The notes beneath the pieces were generated by a model. The model was not told the DNA's origin. It ran no database searches and saw nothing but the letters and a program-made list of their open reading frames with translations. From Nemertoderma westbladi (taxonomy: Eukaryota > Animalia > Xenacoelomorpha), in assembly GCA_032718475.1 (NCBI GenBank), contig JAUCBJ010002985.1, forward strand, positions 1 through 64,000: 64,000 nucleotides of DNA. The letters run 5' to 3'. The translations under genes were made by a program, and so were the position numbers. The first letter of the stretch is position 1. Each line of letters opens with the position of its first letter. Positions 1-13,700 of this stretch are shown here, piece after piece.

Positions 1-1314
1 TTATATGAAAATACATTATTGTATGGATAGATGTGCATAATGGTTAAATTACCTAACTCAGTCAAGGCACAGTAATTTGTAATATTTTGATTTAGGTTGT
101 CTGCTGTGTTGTATAGGCCTACAGTATGTATACCTTATTGAACCATTAAGATGTAATAATAATAGAAAATAATGATATTAACCAAAGCAAAATCAATTTA
201 CAACGCCATACAGCAACTGAGCCTACTTTATAATAACAAACAATTTAATCGAATCTTAATAAAATTTCACAACTATTATTGAGTGAGTGCAACTGTGTCT
301 GATTCTCACACCAAAAGAGAAACCAACACTAAAGGATACAGAAGCCCCTAAGGCATTTTCACACAATTAGGAATTAACAATAGCGGGGTCATTAATAGCA
401 TTTATGTTACCGCTTCAATTTAATTGCAATACAAGTCCTGCAGTATCTAACTGCCGCCATGCCTCAAATACCTGACAATAGATTTTATTCTCTATAAAAG
501 TAAACCAGTGGGGGTGAACCGTTACATTTCAGCACGCATTAGCGCCTAAAAGTGGGGTGAGCTTCAGTTGCATAGCATATAGAATAGTACTTGAGTTACT
601 ATAGAAATGGCAGGTGCAAAAAAATAGCGGAAATTTGAGTTAATAATTGAAGAGTAATCGATGCCCGCTGTATGCAAGCTTTGGTTCACGCCTTTACTTT
701 ATAATAAATCTCTATATAATAATGTTATAAGCAAATTAATAATTAATAACCTTAAACCGGAACATTTTATAATTATTATAGGTGCAATGTGTTGTGGCTA
801 TTGGTGCTGAGGCTTGTATGTTATAATAGGATGGTATAGTGTTGTGTAGGCCTATATAATACCGTCGTAGTGATGGGTAGCTATTGTGTTGCGTCACATT
901 TCGGAAAGAAATTATCTCGAGTGTCCAACAGCTATTCGTTGTGGATTTAATCGGATGTATGTAAGATTGAAAATGAAGAAGAAAACCCTCCCTAGCATCT
1001 ATAGATGGTAAGAGATTCGGTTAAAAATTCGTAAATGTCCGATGAGTTTTGTAAGTGTAGCTGGGATGGTGGGGGCATGGTGACCAGAGGGCTATACCTC
1101 TATAAACAACTCCAGTAGAACGACAAGTTCTACTTCTACAAAAATTCCCAAAATCTGTCTGGTCGACCCACAAATCCTCTCAGTTATTAAAGATGTTTAG
1201 GTATACAAAGACAACCGTAATACCAAACAAAATATAGATGATAGTGTGGGATGGATGCTATCCAATTACATGTAGGTCTACATGTATAGTACTGTATGTA
1301 CGATTATGTACGAT

Positions 1315-1701
1315 AGATCTCTCCAGGCACCTGAAGACTATGTTCTTTCGAGCCACAGTGGATAGTGTATTTTTATACGGGGGAGAGACCTGGGGCGGTA
1401 TTCATAAATGTCTAAAATCAGTTGTTTTTAGTAACAGATAGCTCTTACTAAACATAGTTGCAGCTATTACTAAAAGCTGTCACTAAGTAGCTGTAACTAA
1501 TACTAACTCTATGAATACCGCCCCAGGACACTGACTAAATCCCTTGAACAACGAATTGATGGTTGCTACACAAGACTACTAAGGGCAGCCCTAAACATCA
1601 GCTGGAGACAACACATGACAAACGCCGATCTTTATGGTACAATACCACCTGTATGTCCGTGAACGCAGATTAAGATTCAGTGGGCACTGCTGTAGAAGTA
1701 A
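1315..1701 (+). pseudogene. RTE-clade LINE fragment (RT C-terminal region), interrupted by a MITE
   Basis: Near-identical to 62390-62650 in this window (agatctctccaggcacctgaagact...tgggcactgctg); encodes DLSRHLKTMFFRATVDSVFLYGGETW. Confidence 0.9.
1393..1523. mobile_element. 131-bp PIF/Harbinger-type MITE
   Basis: TIRs GGGCGGTATTCATA / TATGAATACCGCCC, flanked by CTG (1390-1392) and CAG (1524-1526). The empty site (agacCTGgacactg) is visible in the RTE copy at ~62461. Confidence 0.8.
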
Positions 1702-2547
1702 CAAGTAAACATAAGTAAATAAAATGGAATTAAAATAATATATTTATTTTTGGACGCTGAATATATTTCAGCCTATTTTATGTCTACCTTTTAAATGCCG
1801 GCGTAACCTTTCACTTTTCTCCTATGATTTCAAAATAGTATAGCAGTTATTATGTTATATCCACTAACCTGATAATCTTTATATTTCCATAGAAAAGGAA
1901 CAAGATAAACCAAATTGGCAGCTATTTTATTTCTAAGAATTACTTTTTTGCGATAAAACTTATTACATGTCAAAAATTATTGTTTAACGGAATGTTTCGT
2001 TAAACACACCTTTTTGTAATAATATCCACTACTATGCATCCTTTGGGTCCACAAGTGAAGCTTGCAACTAACCAATTGGCCAATAGGATACCGTCATTAT
2101 CAGTTAACTGGCCAATCAAGAATTAAGCGAGCAGAGTATAGGTAGTTGTCGAAGTAAATGAGTGGGTTGCTGGAGTTAGTTAACTCTTTGCGATGTTGGA
2201 TGCGATTTAGGAACTTAGGGCCAACTAACTAGCGACTTATCCTTGTCTTCTAAAAAACTATATATATTCGAAACAATAATATTTTAATATTTGCGCTGCT
2301 TAACAAAACCTGAAGTAGGCAAGCAAAGTTTTTACTTTGCAAATGTAAAATGTAAATACAACGTGCTGGAATTTATTTAACATTTCTCGCCACTTTTTCT
2401 TAAATAATAATAATAGTAATAATTATGCGAACGGAACTCACAAACTATTACGGTCTTAATAATAATTTATTTATTATATGCACATTTTGTCCAGCACGTT
2501 TTTTTAAAAAAACTTACCTGTAGGTAGAGGTATATTCAAGGAGAGCA

Positions 2548-3995
2548 ATGTGGAAGGGTTTACTGTGGAAGATCACCCTCACCCATGGTGGTGAAAAGGC
2601 ATTCCTATAGGAAACAGAGTGGAAGGGTTTACTGTTGAAGATCACCCAAGGTGGTGAACAGGCATTCTTTTAGGAAACAGAGTGGAAGGGTTTACTGTGG
2701 AAGATCAACCATGGTGGTGAACAGGCATTCCTTTAGGAAACAGAGTGGAAGGGTTTACTTTGGAAGATCACCCATGGTGGTGAACAGGCATTCCTTTATG
2801 AAACAGAGTGGAAGAGTTTACTGTGGAAGATCACCCATGTGGTGAACAGGCATTCCTTTAGGAAATAGTGGAAGGGTTTACTGTGGACGATCACCCATGG
2901 TGGTGGTGAACAGGACTTCCTTTAGGAAACAGAGTGAAAGGGTTAACTGTGGAATATCACCCAAGGTGGTGAACAGGTATTCCTTTAGGAAACATAGTGG
3001 AAGTGTTTACTGTGGAAGATCACCCATGTGGTGAACAGGCATTCCTTTAGGAAACAGAGTGGAAGGGTTTACTGTGGAAGATCACCCATGTGGTGAACAG
3101 GCATTCCTTTAGGAAACAGAGTGGAAGGGTTTACTGTGGAAGATCACCCTTGGTGGTGAACAGGCATTCCGTTAAGAAACAGAGTGGAAGGGTTTACTGT
3201 GGAAGATCACCCATGTGGTGAACAGGCATTCCTTTAGGAAACAGAGTGGAAGGGTTTACTGTGGAAGATCACCCATGTGGTGAACAGGCATTCCTTTAGG
3301 AAACAGAGTGGAAGGATTTACTGTGGAAGATCACCCATGGTGGTGAACAGGCCTTCCTTTAGGAAACAGAGTGGAAGGGTTTACCGTGGAAGATTACCCA
3401 TGGTGGTGAACAGGTGTTCCTTTAGGAAACAGAGTGGAAGGGTTTACTGTGGATGATCACCCATGGTGGTGAACAGGTATATCTTTAGGAAAAAGAGTAA
3501 AGGGTTTACTGTGGAAGATCACCCATGGTAGTGAACAGGCATTCCTTTAGGAAACAGAGTGGAAGGGTTTTCCGTGGAAGATCACCCATGGTGGTTAACA
3601 CGCATTCCTTTAGGAAACAGAGTGGAAGGGTTTACTGTTGGAGATCACCCATGGTGGTGAACAGGCATTCCTTTAAGAAACAAAGTTGAAGGGTTTATTA
3701 CTGTTGGAGATCACCCATGGTGGTGAACAGGCATTCCTTTAGGAAACAGAGTGGAAGGGTTTTCCGTGGAAGATCACCCATGGTGGTGAACAGGCATTGC
3801 TTTAGGAAACAGAATGGAAGGGTTTACTGTGGAAGATCATCCATGGTGGTGAACAGGCATTCCTTTAGGAAACAGAGTGGAAGGGTATATTGTGGAAGAA
3901 CACCCATGGTGGTGAACAGGTAATCCTTTAGGAAACAGAGTGGAAGGAATTACTGTGGAAAATAACACCATGCATATGGTGTTGAACAAGCATTC
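2548..3995. repeat. 63-bp minisatellite, about 22-23 copies
   Basis: Unit AGGCATTCCTTTAGGAAACAGAGTGGAAGGGTTTACTGTGGAAGATCACCCATGGTGGTGAAC, with degenerate edges. Confidence 0.95.
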
Positions 3996-5979
3996 CATGC
4001 GCTAACAAGCCTAAAATATTATCCTATTCAATATTATGCATTACGAGTGTTTTTGTTTAGACAGGAAAGGGTATCGTGAATTACCTTCAAGAGCTTAAAT
4101 ATCTCACGCTAGTCAGTCAGATAACGTGATTTTGGGCTCGCTGCGGTGTGTGCCTGTTGCTGCGGTACTGCCTGTTGCGTGGTGCGACAAAACATATTAT
4201 TCCCCTTACAAGAGGGACAAGAGATTGAGTAAACGTCGTTAAAATAAAAAATATCAATGTTTTAGAGAAGCGAGTGACTGGCGCAGTTTTGATGTTTGCT
4301 GAGTACAGTAGGCATACTATACAGTATATACACACGTTTTGCACACGTCCAATTAGCTTTGTGGGGCGAGCCACAAAGTGAGCGAAGCTTTAGCATTAGG
4401 GTATTTTGATCGCTAATAACTTGATCAAATTAAATCAAAGTATGTATGGTCAAAAATCAGTCAGTCTGTCAGTCGGTACTAGTAGTTTCAGACTTTAGAT
4501 AAAAACCGAAATAAGTCGGCCAATATTTGCCGAAATTACGCAGTCGTATGCATTCAGTCAAAAGTTTAGAAAGAATCTAAAGTTTGGTCAAAATGAGACA
4601 TGGTGTCAGATGGTACTGGTAGTTTAAAAACCGGAAAAAGTCTGTCAATCATTATGATGAAATTTTTACCAAACTTGATACGCATGCAGTCTCGAGCTGC
4701 ACGCAGGCTCCACGAACGTGTACTCACTACATCCAAAGTTCGCGTGTCTTTCTCGCCCTTCTCTAAAATTCCCCATCCTGAATATTCATTCTATTGTATA
4801 CGCAAACGCAAGCTTGTTATCTACTGTACAAGCAGAACCGCGATTGGCGCAAGGTTGTGGTTCTGTGTGGAACTTCTACATTGGAACCTACTCTTACAAT
4901 AACGTCATCTCTTGGCATGACCTTTTGGCTTCCTTTGCAAACCTGTGGTTACTATACTGTTGACCATATAATAAAAAAATTATATATTTTATAATTTGTT
5001 TTGAAATTTGTCTTCAATATTAGGCCTATCGAATTAAATAAAATACATAAAACATCTGAAATGTATAAAATCATTAGTTTTTCTTCTAATCGATATCAGT
5101 TTTCATAGCCAGTCAAATTTCAAACAGGAATTCAAGGATAACAAACTGATTAATAAACAGATTGGATGCGACCTTTGTTGTAACACAATGTTAGATTGCT
5201 TCGGGGGCGGAATAACTCCCGTTTGTTACAACCGAATAGAATTGGGCCCAACAATCCCATCTTACTGTAGAAGATTCATTAATAAGTCGGTCAGTCGGGA
5301 TTTACTACCGCCTCCATCTATCGCTCGGGCGACCCAATCGTCTTAAAAGGCGACAACTAATCCCTCAGATTGTTCTCTGGATTACAGAAAAGAACGATGT
5401 AATTTAACATGTTTTAATTTCACAAAACGCTTCCTAATTCTGCGTCCAACAATCTCATTTGATTAGGACCCCCTGGGGTGTACGATAGGTGGGTGGGTGA
5501 CCCGCGGTACCGGTAGGCTGTTAGGCACAGTACCGGTTCAACTACCGGTAAAACAGCACCACTTCCTACTCTAATAAGGACCCCATTCCATCGCCCATAT
5601 GGCACCTGGGCGGGGCATCTCTACCGAAGCGTTCATTTGAGATTTTTCGGAAACCTGATTGTAATAAATAAATTAGGATACCGTTGTTGTCAAAAGGATG
5701 GCTCGGATTATTAATTATAGGTGTATTCAGTTCAGTTATAGTACTCGTTATTTGTAATATAGGCAGGGGAGTATCTGAACGTTGAATGTTCATAACCGTA
5801 GGCCTACGGAAAGGATACTCGAAACTGAAACTAATTATAATTTCAACTCGGTTAATTAAATACAAACTATAAGCGCTCGAGTCAGCCACTTTTGAATAAA
5901 GAATAATTTAATTTCCTAAAAACGTTCAGAGGGCCCCGTTCTAATGGGAAAGGCTACTACTGACCGGAGCCATTTCTCA

Positions 5980-6133
5980 ATTGACCGGACCCGTTGACCG
6001 GGACCGTTGACCGGACCCATTGCCATTCAAAGGAGCAGGTTACAGATCGTGTTGGGGGAACCAAAACAATAAACGAAAGTCAACACATGTTACAAGTTTA
6101 AAACAAAGTTGAGGTAATAAGGGTCCGGTCAAT
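5980..6133. repeat. Short inverted-repeat-bounded element (possible MITE remnant)
   Basis: ATTGACCGGACCC at ~5980, with tandem TTGACCGG copies to ~6018, and its reverse complement GGGTCCGGTCAAT at 6121-6133. Confidence 0.4.
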
Positions 6134-6157
6134 AATACAAAAGTAAATTAATGTATA

Positions 6158-6419
6158 CAGTCCATATCTCATTCTAGATACCGTTTCTCAAACTGGGTAC
6201 CTTTTCTCTTACCTCACTCTTACTAACTCAAACCTGTCTGGCTCACTCAAACCTAACAGACTCTAGTTTGAGTTAGATTGAGTTGGCTGCATCTTTCTGA
6301 TTTCTTAACTCTTACCCCAGTCTTACCTACTGAAATTATCCGTTGACTATCATTAGTAAAAGGATTGAGAAATGATACCCAGTTTGAGAAATAATATTCA
6401 GAATATGAGATAGGGACTG
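6158..6419. mobile_element. Tc1/mariner-type MITE (~260 bp)
   Basis: TA|CAGTCCATATCTCATTCT...TTTCTCAAACTGGGTA at the left end pairs imperfectly with TACCCAGTTTGAGAAA...AGAATATGAGATAGGGACTG|TG at the right. CAGT termini and a TA flank (right flank reads TG). Confidence 0.7.
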
Positions 6420-7792
6420 TGAATCAAATATAACATGATCATTACGGGGTACACACGATTGTTGGATAAGAAACCATTCATTAGCTTTCACAAGTTAACT
6501 CAAATTTCCTTTAAATTATAGATATTTTAATTATTTGTGTGTTTGAATAATTATACATATTTTGTAAGAATTTATTGTGATTACAAACAAAGAGACTTCC
6601 ATCTTAAACTAACATATCGTTTCACCATTGTTAACGTTTTATTGTGGTTTGGGATTAAATTCCCCAGGAAGTTATGTGAAAGTTTGCAGGAAACAGTCAA
6701 ATCAGCTGTCAGATCCGTTAACGGCATTAGTTAATCTGACACAAGTTTGATGTGGCGCTTCTCAAGTAATTGAATTGTTGAAATGTTGATGAGAACTGCT
6801 CCTTCCATAGATATAAAGCTATAATGGGGATTCTTTTGGAGGCCCTTTCAGCCGATTTCCATACGTGTGGGCAGCGCATTACCTATCGGCAAGGGTACCG
6901 GTATAATCAGATTGTTCCCTAATCCTTTAACAGATTAACTTGCCATTTAGCTACTCGCCAATGTTTCCTATCTGAAATAAAACGTCTCCCATTTTACCAT
7001 CACCTCGCCGACAGCCACAAACAAGTAATTTTGTTAATAGCTAGTACATTATCGTAGCGTCTTTCCCACAATCGTACCGATGGTACGGTGGTTTAATGGA
7101 GATTAAAGAATTTGAATTCAATTCGATTTCTGTTTCTCATTCGTAATGTTTCCATGGTATTGAATGGAATCAATGTTTTATTTTATATATTTCATATTTT
7201 CAACATTATTAAGACTTATCACCATCACATTGTAAGCTTGATAGAGATATTAATTACTTGACACAACTCTCTAGATAATCCAGGTGGTTAGAGCAACGTT
7301 TATTTTTCAATCTAGAGGTCCTGAATTCGGATCCTAGAAAAGAAACACCCTATTTTCGTTAGGCTGATGGTTCTATAAGGTGTAAGGAACTTATCAGCCG
7401 ATCCAACTTAAATGTTAACTTGATATATTTTAAGGGACTAAAGAAACTGGTTGGACAAGGAGGGTATTTGACTTAGGGAGTAGATGTCTATGGTGTTTCA
7501 AGTCCTTCAATCAATAACCGTACTTTTCTTCTTCGTGGCCTTAAAAAAAACTTGCGGTATTCCGATAGAAAACTCGAGACAGATAGCATTTTAAATATTT
7601 CGATACAAAATTACTTTGTACTGTATGCAAATTATATAATTTCAATTTTTTCATACAAACTTTGATCTCTGTGTAACTGAAATCCCCTGAGAAAAAAAAC
7701 AGAAATAACAATCACCTAAGCTAGAAAATAATACTGAAAGCAGTAACGTAATATTGTCTATGGTTGATGTAGGTGCATTTAATGACCTATGG

Positions 7793-10700
7793 TAATATTA
7801 GAGAGAGGGGAGATCATTGGATCTAATATAGAGAGAGGGGAGATCATAGGATCTAATATAGAGAGAGGGGAGATCATAGGATCTAATATAGAGAGAGGGG
7901 AGATCATAGGATCTAATATAGAGAGAGGGGAGATCATAGGATCTAATATAGAGAGATGGGAGATCATAGGATCTAATATAGAGAGAGGGGAGATCATCTA
8001 ATATAGAGAGAGGGGAGATCATCTAATATAGAGAGAGGGGAGATCATAGGATCTAATATAGAGAGAGGGGAGATCATAGGATCTAAAATAGAGAGAGGGG
8101 AGATCATCTAATATAGAGAGAGGGGAGATCATAGGATCTAATATAGAGAGAGGGGAGATCATTGGATCTAATATAGAGAGAGGGGAGATCATAGGATCTA
8201 ATATAGAGAGAGGGGAGATCATCTAATATAGAGAGAGGGGAGATCATCTAATATAGAGAGAGGGGAGATCATAGGATCTAATATAGAGAGAGGGGAGATC
8301 ATAGGATCTAATATAGAGAGAGGGGAGATCATCTAATATAGAGAGCGGGGAGATCATTGGATCTAATATAGAGAGAGGGGAGATCATTGGATCTAATATA
8401 GAGAGAGGGGTGATCATAGGATCTAATATAGAGAGAGGGGAGATCATAGGATCTAATATAGAGAGAGGGGAGATCATAGGATCTAATATAGAGAGAGGGG
8501 AGATCATAGGATCTAATATAGAGAGAGGGGAGATCATTGGATCTAATATAGAGAGAGGGGAGATCATAGGATCTAATATAGAGAGAGGGGAGATACTAGG
8601 ATCTAATATAGAGAGAGGGGAGATCATCTAATATAGAGAGAGGGGAGATCATAGGATCTAATATAGAGAGAGGGGAGATCATCTAATATAGAGAGAGGGG
8701 AGATCATCTAATATAGAGAGAGGGGAGATCATAGGATCTAATGTAGAGAGAGGGGAGATCATAGGATCTAATATAGAGAGAGGGGAGATCATAGGATCTA
8801 ATATAGAGAGAGGGGAGATCATAGGATCTAATATAGAGAGAGGGGAGATCATTGGATCTAATATAGAGAGAGGGGAGATCATCTAATATAGAGAGAGGGG
8901 AGATCATAGGATCTAATGTAGAGAGAGGGGAGATCATCTAATATAGAGAGAGGGGAGATCATAGGATCTAATATAGAGAGAGGGGAGATCATAGGATCTA
9001 ATATAGAGAGAGGGGAGATCATCTAATATAGAGAGAGGGGAGATCATAGGATCTAATGTAGAGAGAGGGGAGATCATCTAATATAGAGAGAGGGGAGATC
9101 ATTGGATCTAATATAGAGAGAGGGGAGATCATAGGATCTAATATAGAGAGAGGGGAGATCATCTAATATAGAGAGAGGGGAGATCATAGGATCTAATATA
9201 GAGAGAGGGGAGATCATCTAATATAGAGAGAGGGTAGATCATAGGATCTAATGTAGAGAGAGGGGAGATCATAGGATCTAATATAGAGAGAGGGGAGATC
9301 ATAGGATCTAATATAGAGAGAGGGGAGATCATCTAATATAGAGAGAGGGGAGATCATCTAATATAGAGAGAGGGGAGATCATAGGATCTAATATAGAGAG
9401 AGGGGAGATCATAGGATCTAATATAGAGAGAGGGGGGATCATAGGATCGAATATAGAGAGAGGGGAGATCATCTAATATAGAGAGAGGGGAGATCATCTA
9501 ATATAGAGAGAGGGGAGATCATAGGATCTAATATAGAGAGAGGGGAGATCATCTAATATAGAGAGAGGGGAGATCATTGGATCTAATATAGAGAGAGGGG
9601 AGATCATAGGATCTAATATAGAGAGAGGGGAGATCATAGGATCTAATATAGAGAGAGGGGAGATCATCTAATATAGAGAGAGGGGAGATCATCTAATATA
9701 GAGAGAGGGGAGATCATAGGATCTAATATAGAGAGAGGGGAGATCATAGGATCTAATATAGAGAGAGGGGAGATCATAGGATCTAATATAGAGAGAGGGG
9801 AGATCATAGGATCTAATATAGAGAGAGGGGAGATCATTGGATCTAATATAGAGAGAGGGGAGATCATAGGATCTAATATAGAGAGAGGGGAGATCATCTA
9901 ATATAGAGAGAGGGGAGATCATTGGATCTAATATAGAGAGAGGAGAGATCATTGGATCTAATATAGAGAGAGGGGAGATCATTGGATCTAATATAGAGAG
10001 AGGGGAGATCATCTAATATAGATAGAGGGGAGATCATAGGATATAATATAGAGAGAGGGGAGATCATAGGATCTAATATAGAGAGAGGGGAGATCATCTA
10101 ATATAGATAGAGGGGAGATCATAGGATATAATATAGAGAGAGGGGAGATCATAGGATCTAATATAGAGAGAGGGGAGATCATAGGATCTAATATAGAGAG
10201 AGGGGAGATCATCTAATATAGAGAGAGGGGAGATCATCTAATATAGAGAGAGGGGAGATCATTGGATCTAATATAGAGAGAGGAGAGATCATTGGATCTA
10301 ATATAGAGAGAGGGGAGATCATTGGATCTAATATAGAGAGAGGGGAGATCATAGGATCTAATATAGAGAGAGGGGAGATCATTGGATCTAATATAGAGAG
10401 AGGGGAGATCATAGGATCTAATATAGAGAGAAGGGAGATCATAGGATCTAATGTAGAGAGAGGGGAGATCATTGGATCTAATATAGAGAGAAGGGAGATC
10501 ATAGGATCTAATGTAGAGAGAGGGGAGATCATTGGATCTAATATAGAGAGAGGGGAGATCATCTAATATAGATAGAGGGGAGATCATAGGATATAATATA
10601 GAGAGAGGGGAGATCATAGGATCTAATATAGAGAGAGGGGAGATCATAGGATCTAATATAGAGAGAGGGGAGATCATCTAATATAGAGAGAGGGGAGATC

Positions 10701-13700
10701 ATCTAATATAGAGAGAGGGGAGATCATCTAATATAGAGAGAGGGGAGATCATAGGATCTAATATAGATAGAGGGGAGATCATAGGATATAATATAGAGAG
10801 AGGGGAGATCATAGGATCTAATATAGAGAGAGGGGAGATCATTGGATCTAATATAGAGAGAGGGGAGATCATAGGATATAATATAGAGAGAGGGGAGATC
10901 ATAGGATCTAATATAGAGAGAGGGGAGATCATCTAATATAGAGAGAGGGGAGATCATTGGATCTAATATAGAGAGAGGAGAGATCATTGGATCTAATATA
11001 GAGAGAGGGGAGATCATTGGATCTAATATAGAGAGAGGGGAGATCATCTAATATAGATAGAGGGGAGATCATAGGATATAATATAGAGAGAGGGGAGATC
11101 ATAGGATCTAATATAGAGAGAGGGGAGATCATCTAATATAGAGAGAGGGGAGATCATTGGATCTTATATAGAGAGAGGAGAGATCATTGGATCTAATATA
11201 GAGAGAGGGGAGATCATTGGATCTAATATAGAGAGAGGGGAGATCATCTAATATAGATAGAGGGGAGATCATAGGATATAATATAGAGAGAGGGGAGATC
11301 ATAGGATCTAATATAGAGAGAGGGGAGATCATCTAATATAGATAGAGGGGAGATCATAGGATATAATATAGAGAGAGGGGAGATCATAGGATCTAATATA
11401 GAGAGAGGGGAGATCATAGGATCTAATATAGAGAGAGGGGAGATCATAGGATCTAATATAGAGAGAGGGGAGATCATAGGATATAATATAGAGAGAGGGG
11501 AGATCATAGGATCTAATATAGAGAGAGGGGAGATCATAGGATCTAATATAGAGAGAGGGGAGATCATCTAATATAGAGAGAGGGGAGATCATAGGATCTA
11601 ATATAGAGAGAGGGGAGATCATAGGATCTAATATAGAGAGAGGGGAGATCATCTAATATAGAGAGAGGGGAGATCATTGGATCTAATATAGAGAGAGGGG
11701 AGATCATAGGATCTAATATAGAGAGAGGGGAGATCATTGGATCTAATGTAGAGAGAGGGGAGATCATAGGATCTAATATAGAGAGAGGGGAGATCATCTA
11801 ATATAGAGAGAGGGGAGATCATTGGATCTAATATAGAGAGAGGGGAGATCATAGGATATAATATAGAGAGAGGGGAGATCATAGGATCTAATGTAGAGAG
11901 AGGGGAGATCATAGGATCTAATATAGAGAGAGGGGAGATCATAGGATCTAATGTAGAGAGAGGGGAGATCATAGGATCTAATATAGAGAGAGGGGAGATC
12001 ATTGGATCTAATATAGAGAGAGGGGAGATCATCTAATATAGAGAGAGGGGAGATCATAGGATCTAATATAGAGAGAGGGGAGATCATCTAATATAGAGAG
12101 AGGGGAGATCATAGGATCTAATATAGAGAGAGGGGAGATCATAGGATCTAATATAGAGAGAGGGGAGATCATAGGATCTAATGTAGAGAGAGGGGAGATC
12201 ATTGGATCTAATATAGAGAGAGGGGAGATCATCTAATATAGAGAGAGGGGAGATCATAGGATCTAATATAGAGAGAGGGGAGATCATCTAATATAGAGAG
12301 AGGGGAGATCATTGGATCTAATATAGAGAGAGGGGAGATCATAGGATCTAATATAGAGAGAGGGGAGATCATAGGATCTAATATAGAGAGAGGGGAGATC
12401 ATAGGATCTAATATAGAGAGAGGGGAGATCATAGGATCTAATATAGAGAGAGGGGAGATCATAGGATCTAATATAGAGAGAGGGGAGATCATTGGATCTA
12501 ATATAGAGAGAGGGGAGATCATAGGATCTAATATAGAGAGAGGGGAGATCATAGGATCTAATATAGAGAGAGGGGAGATCATAGGATCTAATATAGAGAG
12601 AGGGGAGATCATAGGATCTAATGTAGAGAGAGGGGAGATCATAGGATCTAATATAGAGAGAGGGGAGATCATCTAATATAGAGAGAGGGGAGATCATAGG
12701 ATCTAATATAGAGAGAGGGGAGATCATAGGATCTAATATAGAGAGAGGGGAGATCATTGGATCTAATATAGAGAGAGGGGAGATCATCTAATATAGAGAG
12801 AGGGGAGATCATAGGATCTAATATAGAGAGAGGGGAGATCATCTAATATAGAGAGAGGGGAGATCATAGGATCTAATATAGAGAGAGGGGAGATCATAGG
12901 ATCTAATATAGAGAGAGGGGAGATCATAGGATCTAATGTAGAGAGAGGGGAGATCATTGGATCTAATATAGAGAGAGGGGAGATCATCTAATATAGAGAG
13001 AGGGGAGATCATAGGATCTAATATAGAGAGAGGGGAGATCATTGGATCTAATATAGAGAGAGGGGAGATCATCTAATATAGAGAGAGGGGAGATCATAGG
13101 ATCTAATATAGAGAGAGGGGAGATCATAGGATCTAATATAGAGAGAGGGGAGATCATAGGATCTAATATAGAGAGAGGGGAGATCATTGGATCTAATATA
13201 GAGAGAGGGGAGATCATCTAATATAGAGAGAGGGGAGATCATATGATCTAATATAGAGAGAGGGGAGATCATAGGATCTAATATAGAGAGAGGGGAGATC
13301 ATCTAATATAGAGAGAGGGGAGATCATAGGATCTAATATAGAGAGAGGGGAGATCATTGGATCTAATATAGAGAGAGGGGAGATCTGATCTAATATAGAG
13401 AGAGGGGAGATCATAGGATCTAATATAGAGAGAGGGGAGATCATTGGATCTAATATAGAGAGAGGGGAGATCATACGATCTAATATAGAGAGAGGGGAGA
13501 TCATCTAATATAGAGAGAGGGGAGATCATAGGATCTAATATAGAGAGAGGGGAGATCATGGTCTAATATAGAGAGAGGGGAGATCATTGGATCTAATATA
13601 GAGAGAGGGGAGATCATAGGATCTAATATAGAGAGAGGGGAGATCATTGGATCTAATATAGAGAGAGGGGAGATCATAGGATCTAATATAGAGAGAGGGG

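Noticed and set aside
4117-6734. Short ORFs of 60-107 aa
   Set aside because: No recognisable domains or supportable exon structure; consistent with chance ORFs.
7270-7340. tRNA-like sequence (GGTGGTTAGAGC...GAGGTCCTGAATTCGGATCC)
   Set aside because: The boxes are degenerate and no cloverleaf forms. At most this is an old SINE relic.
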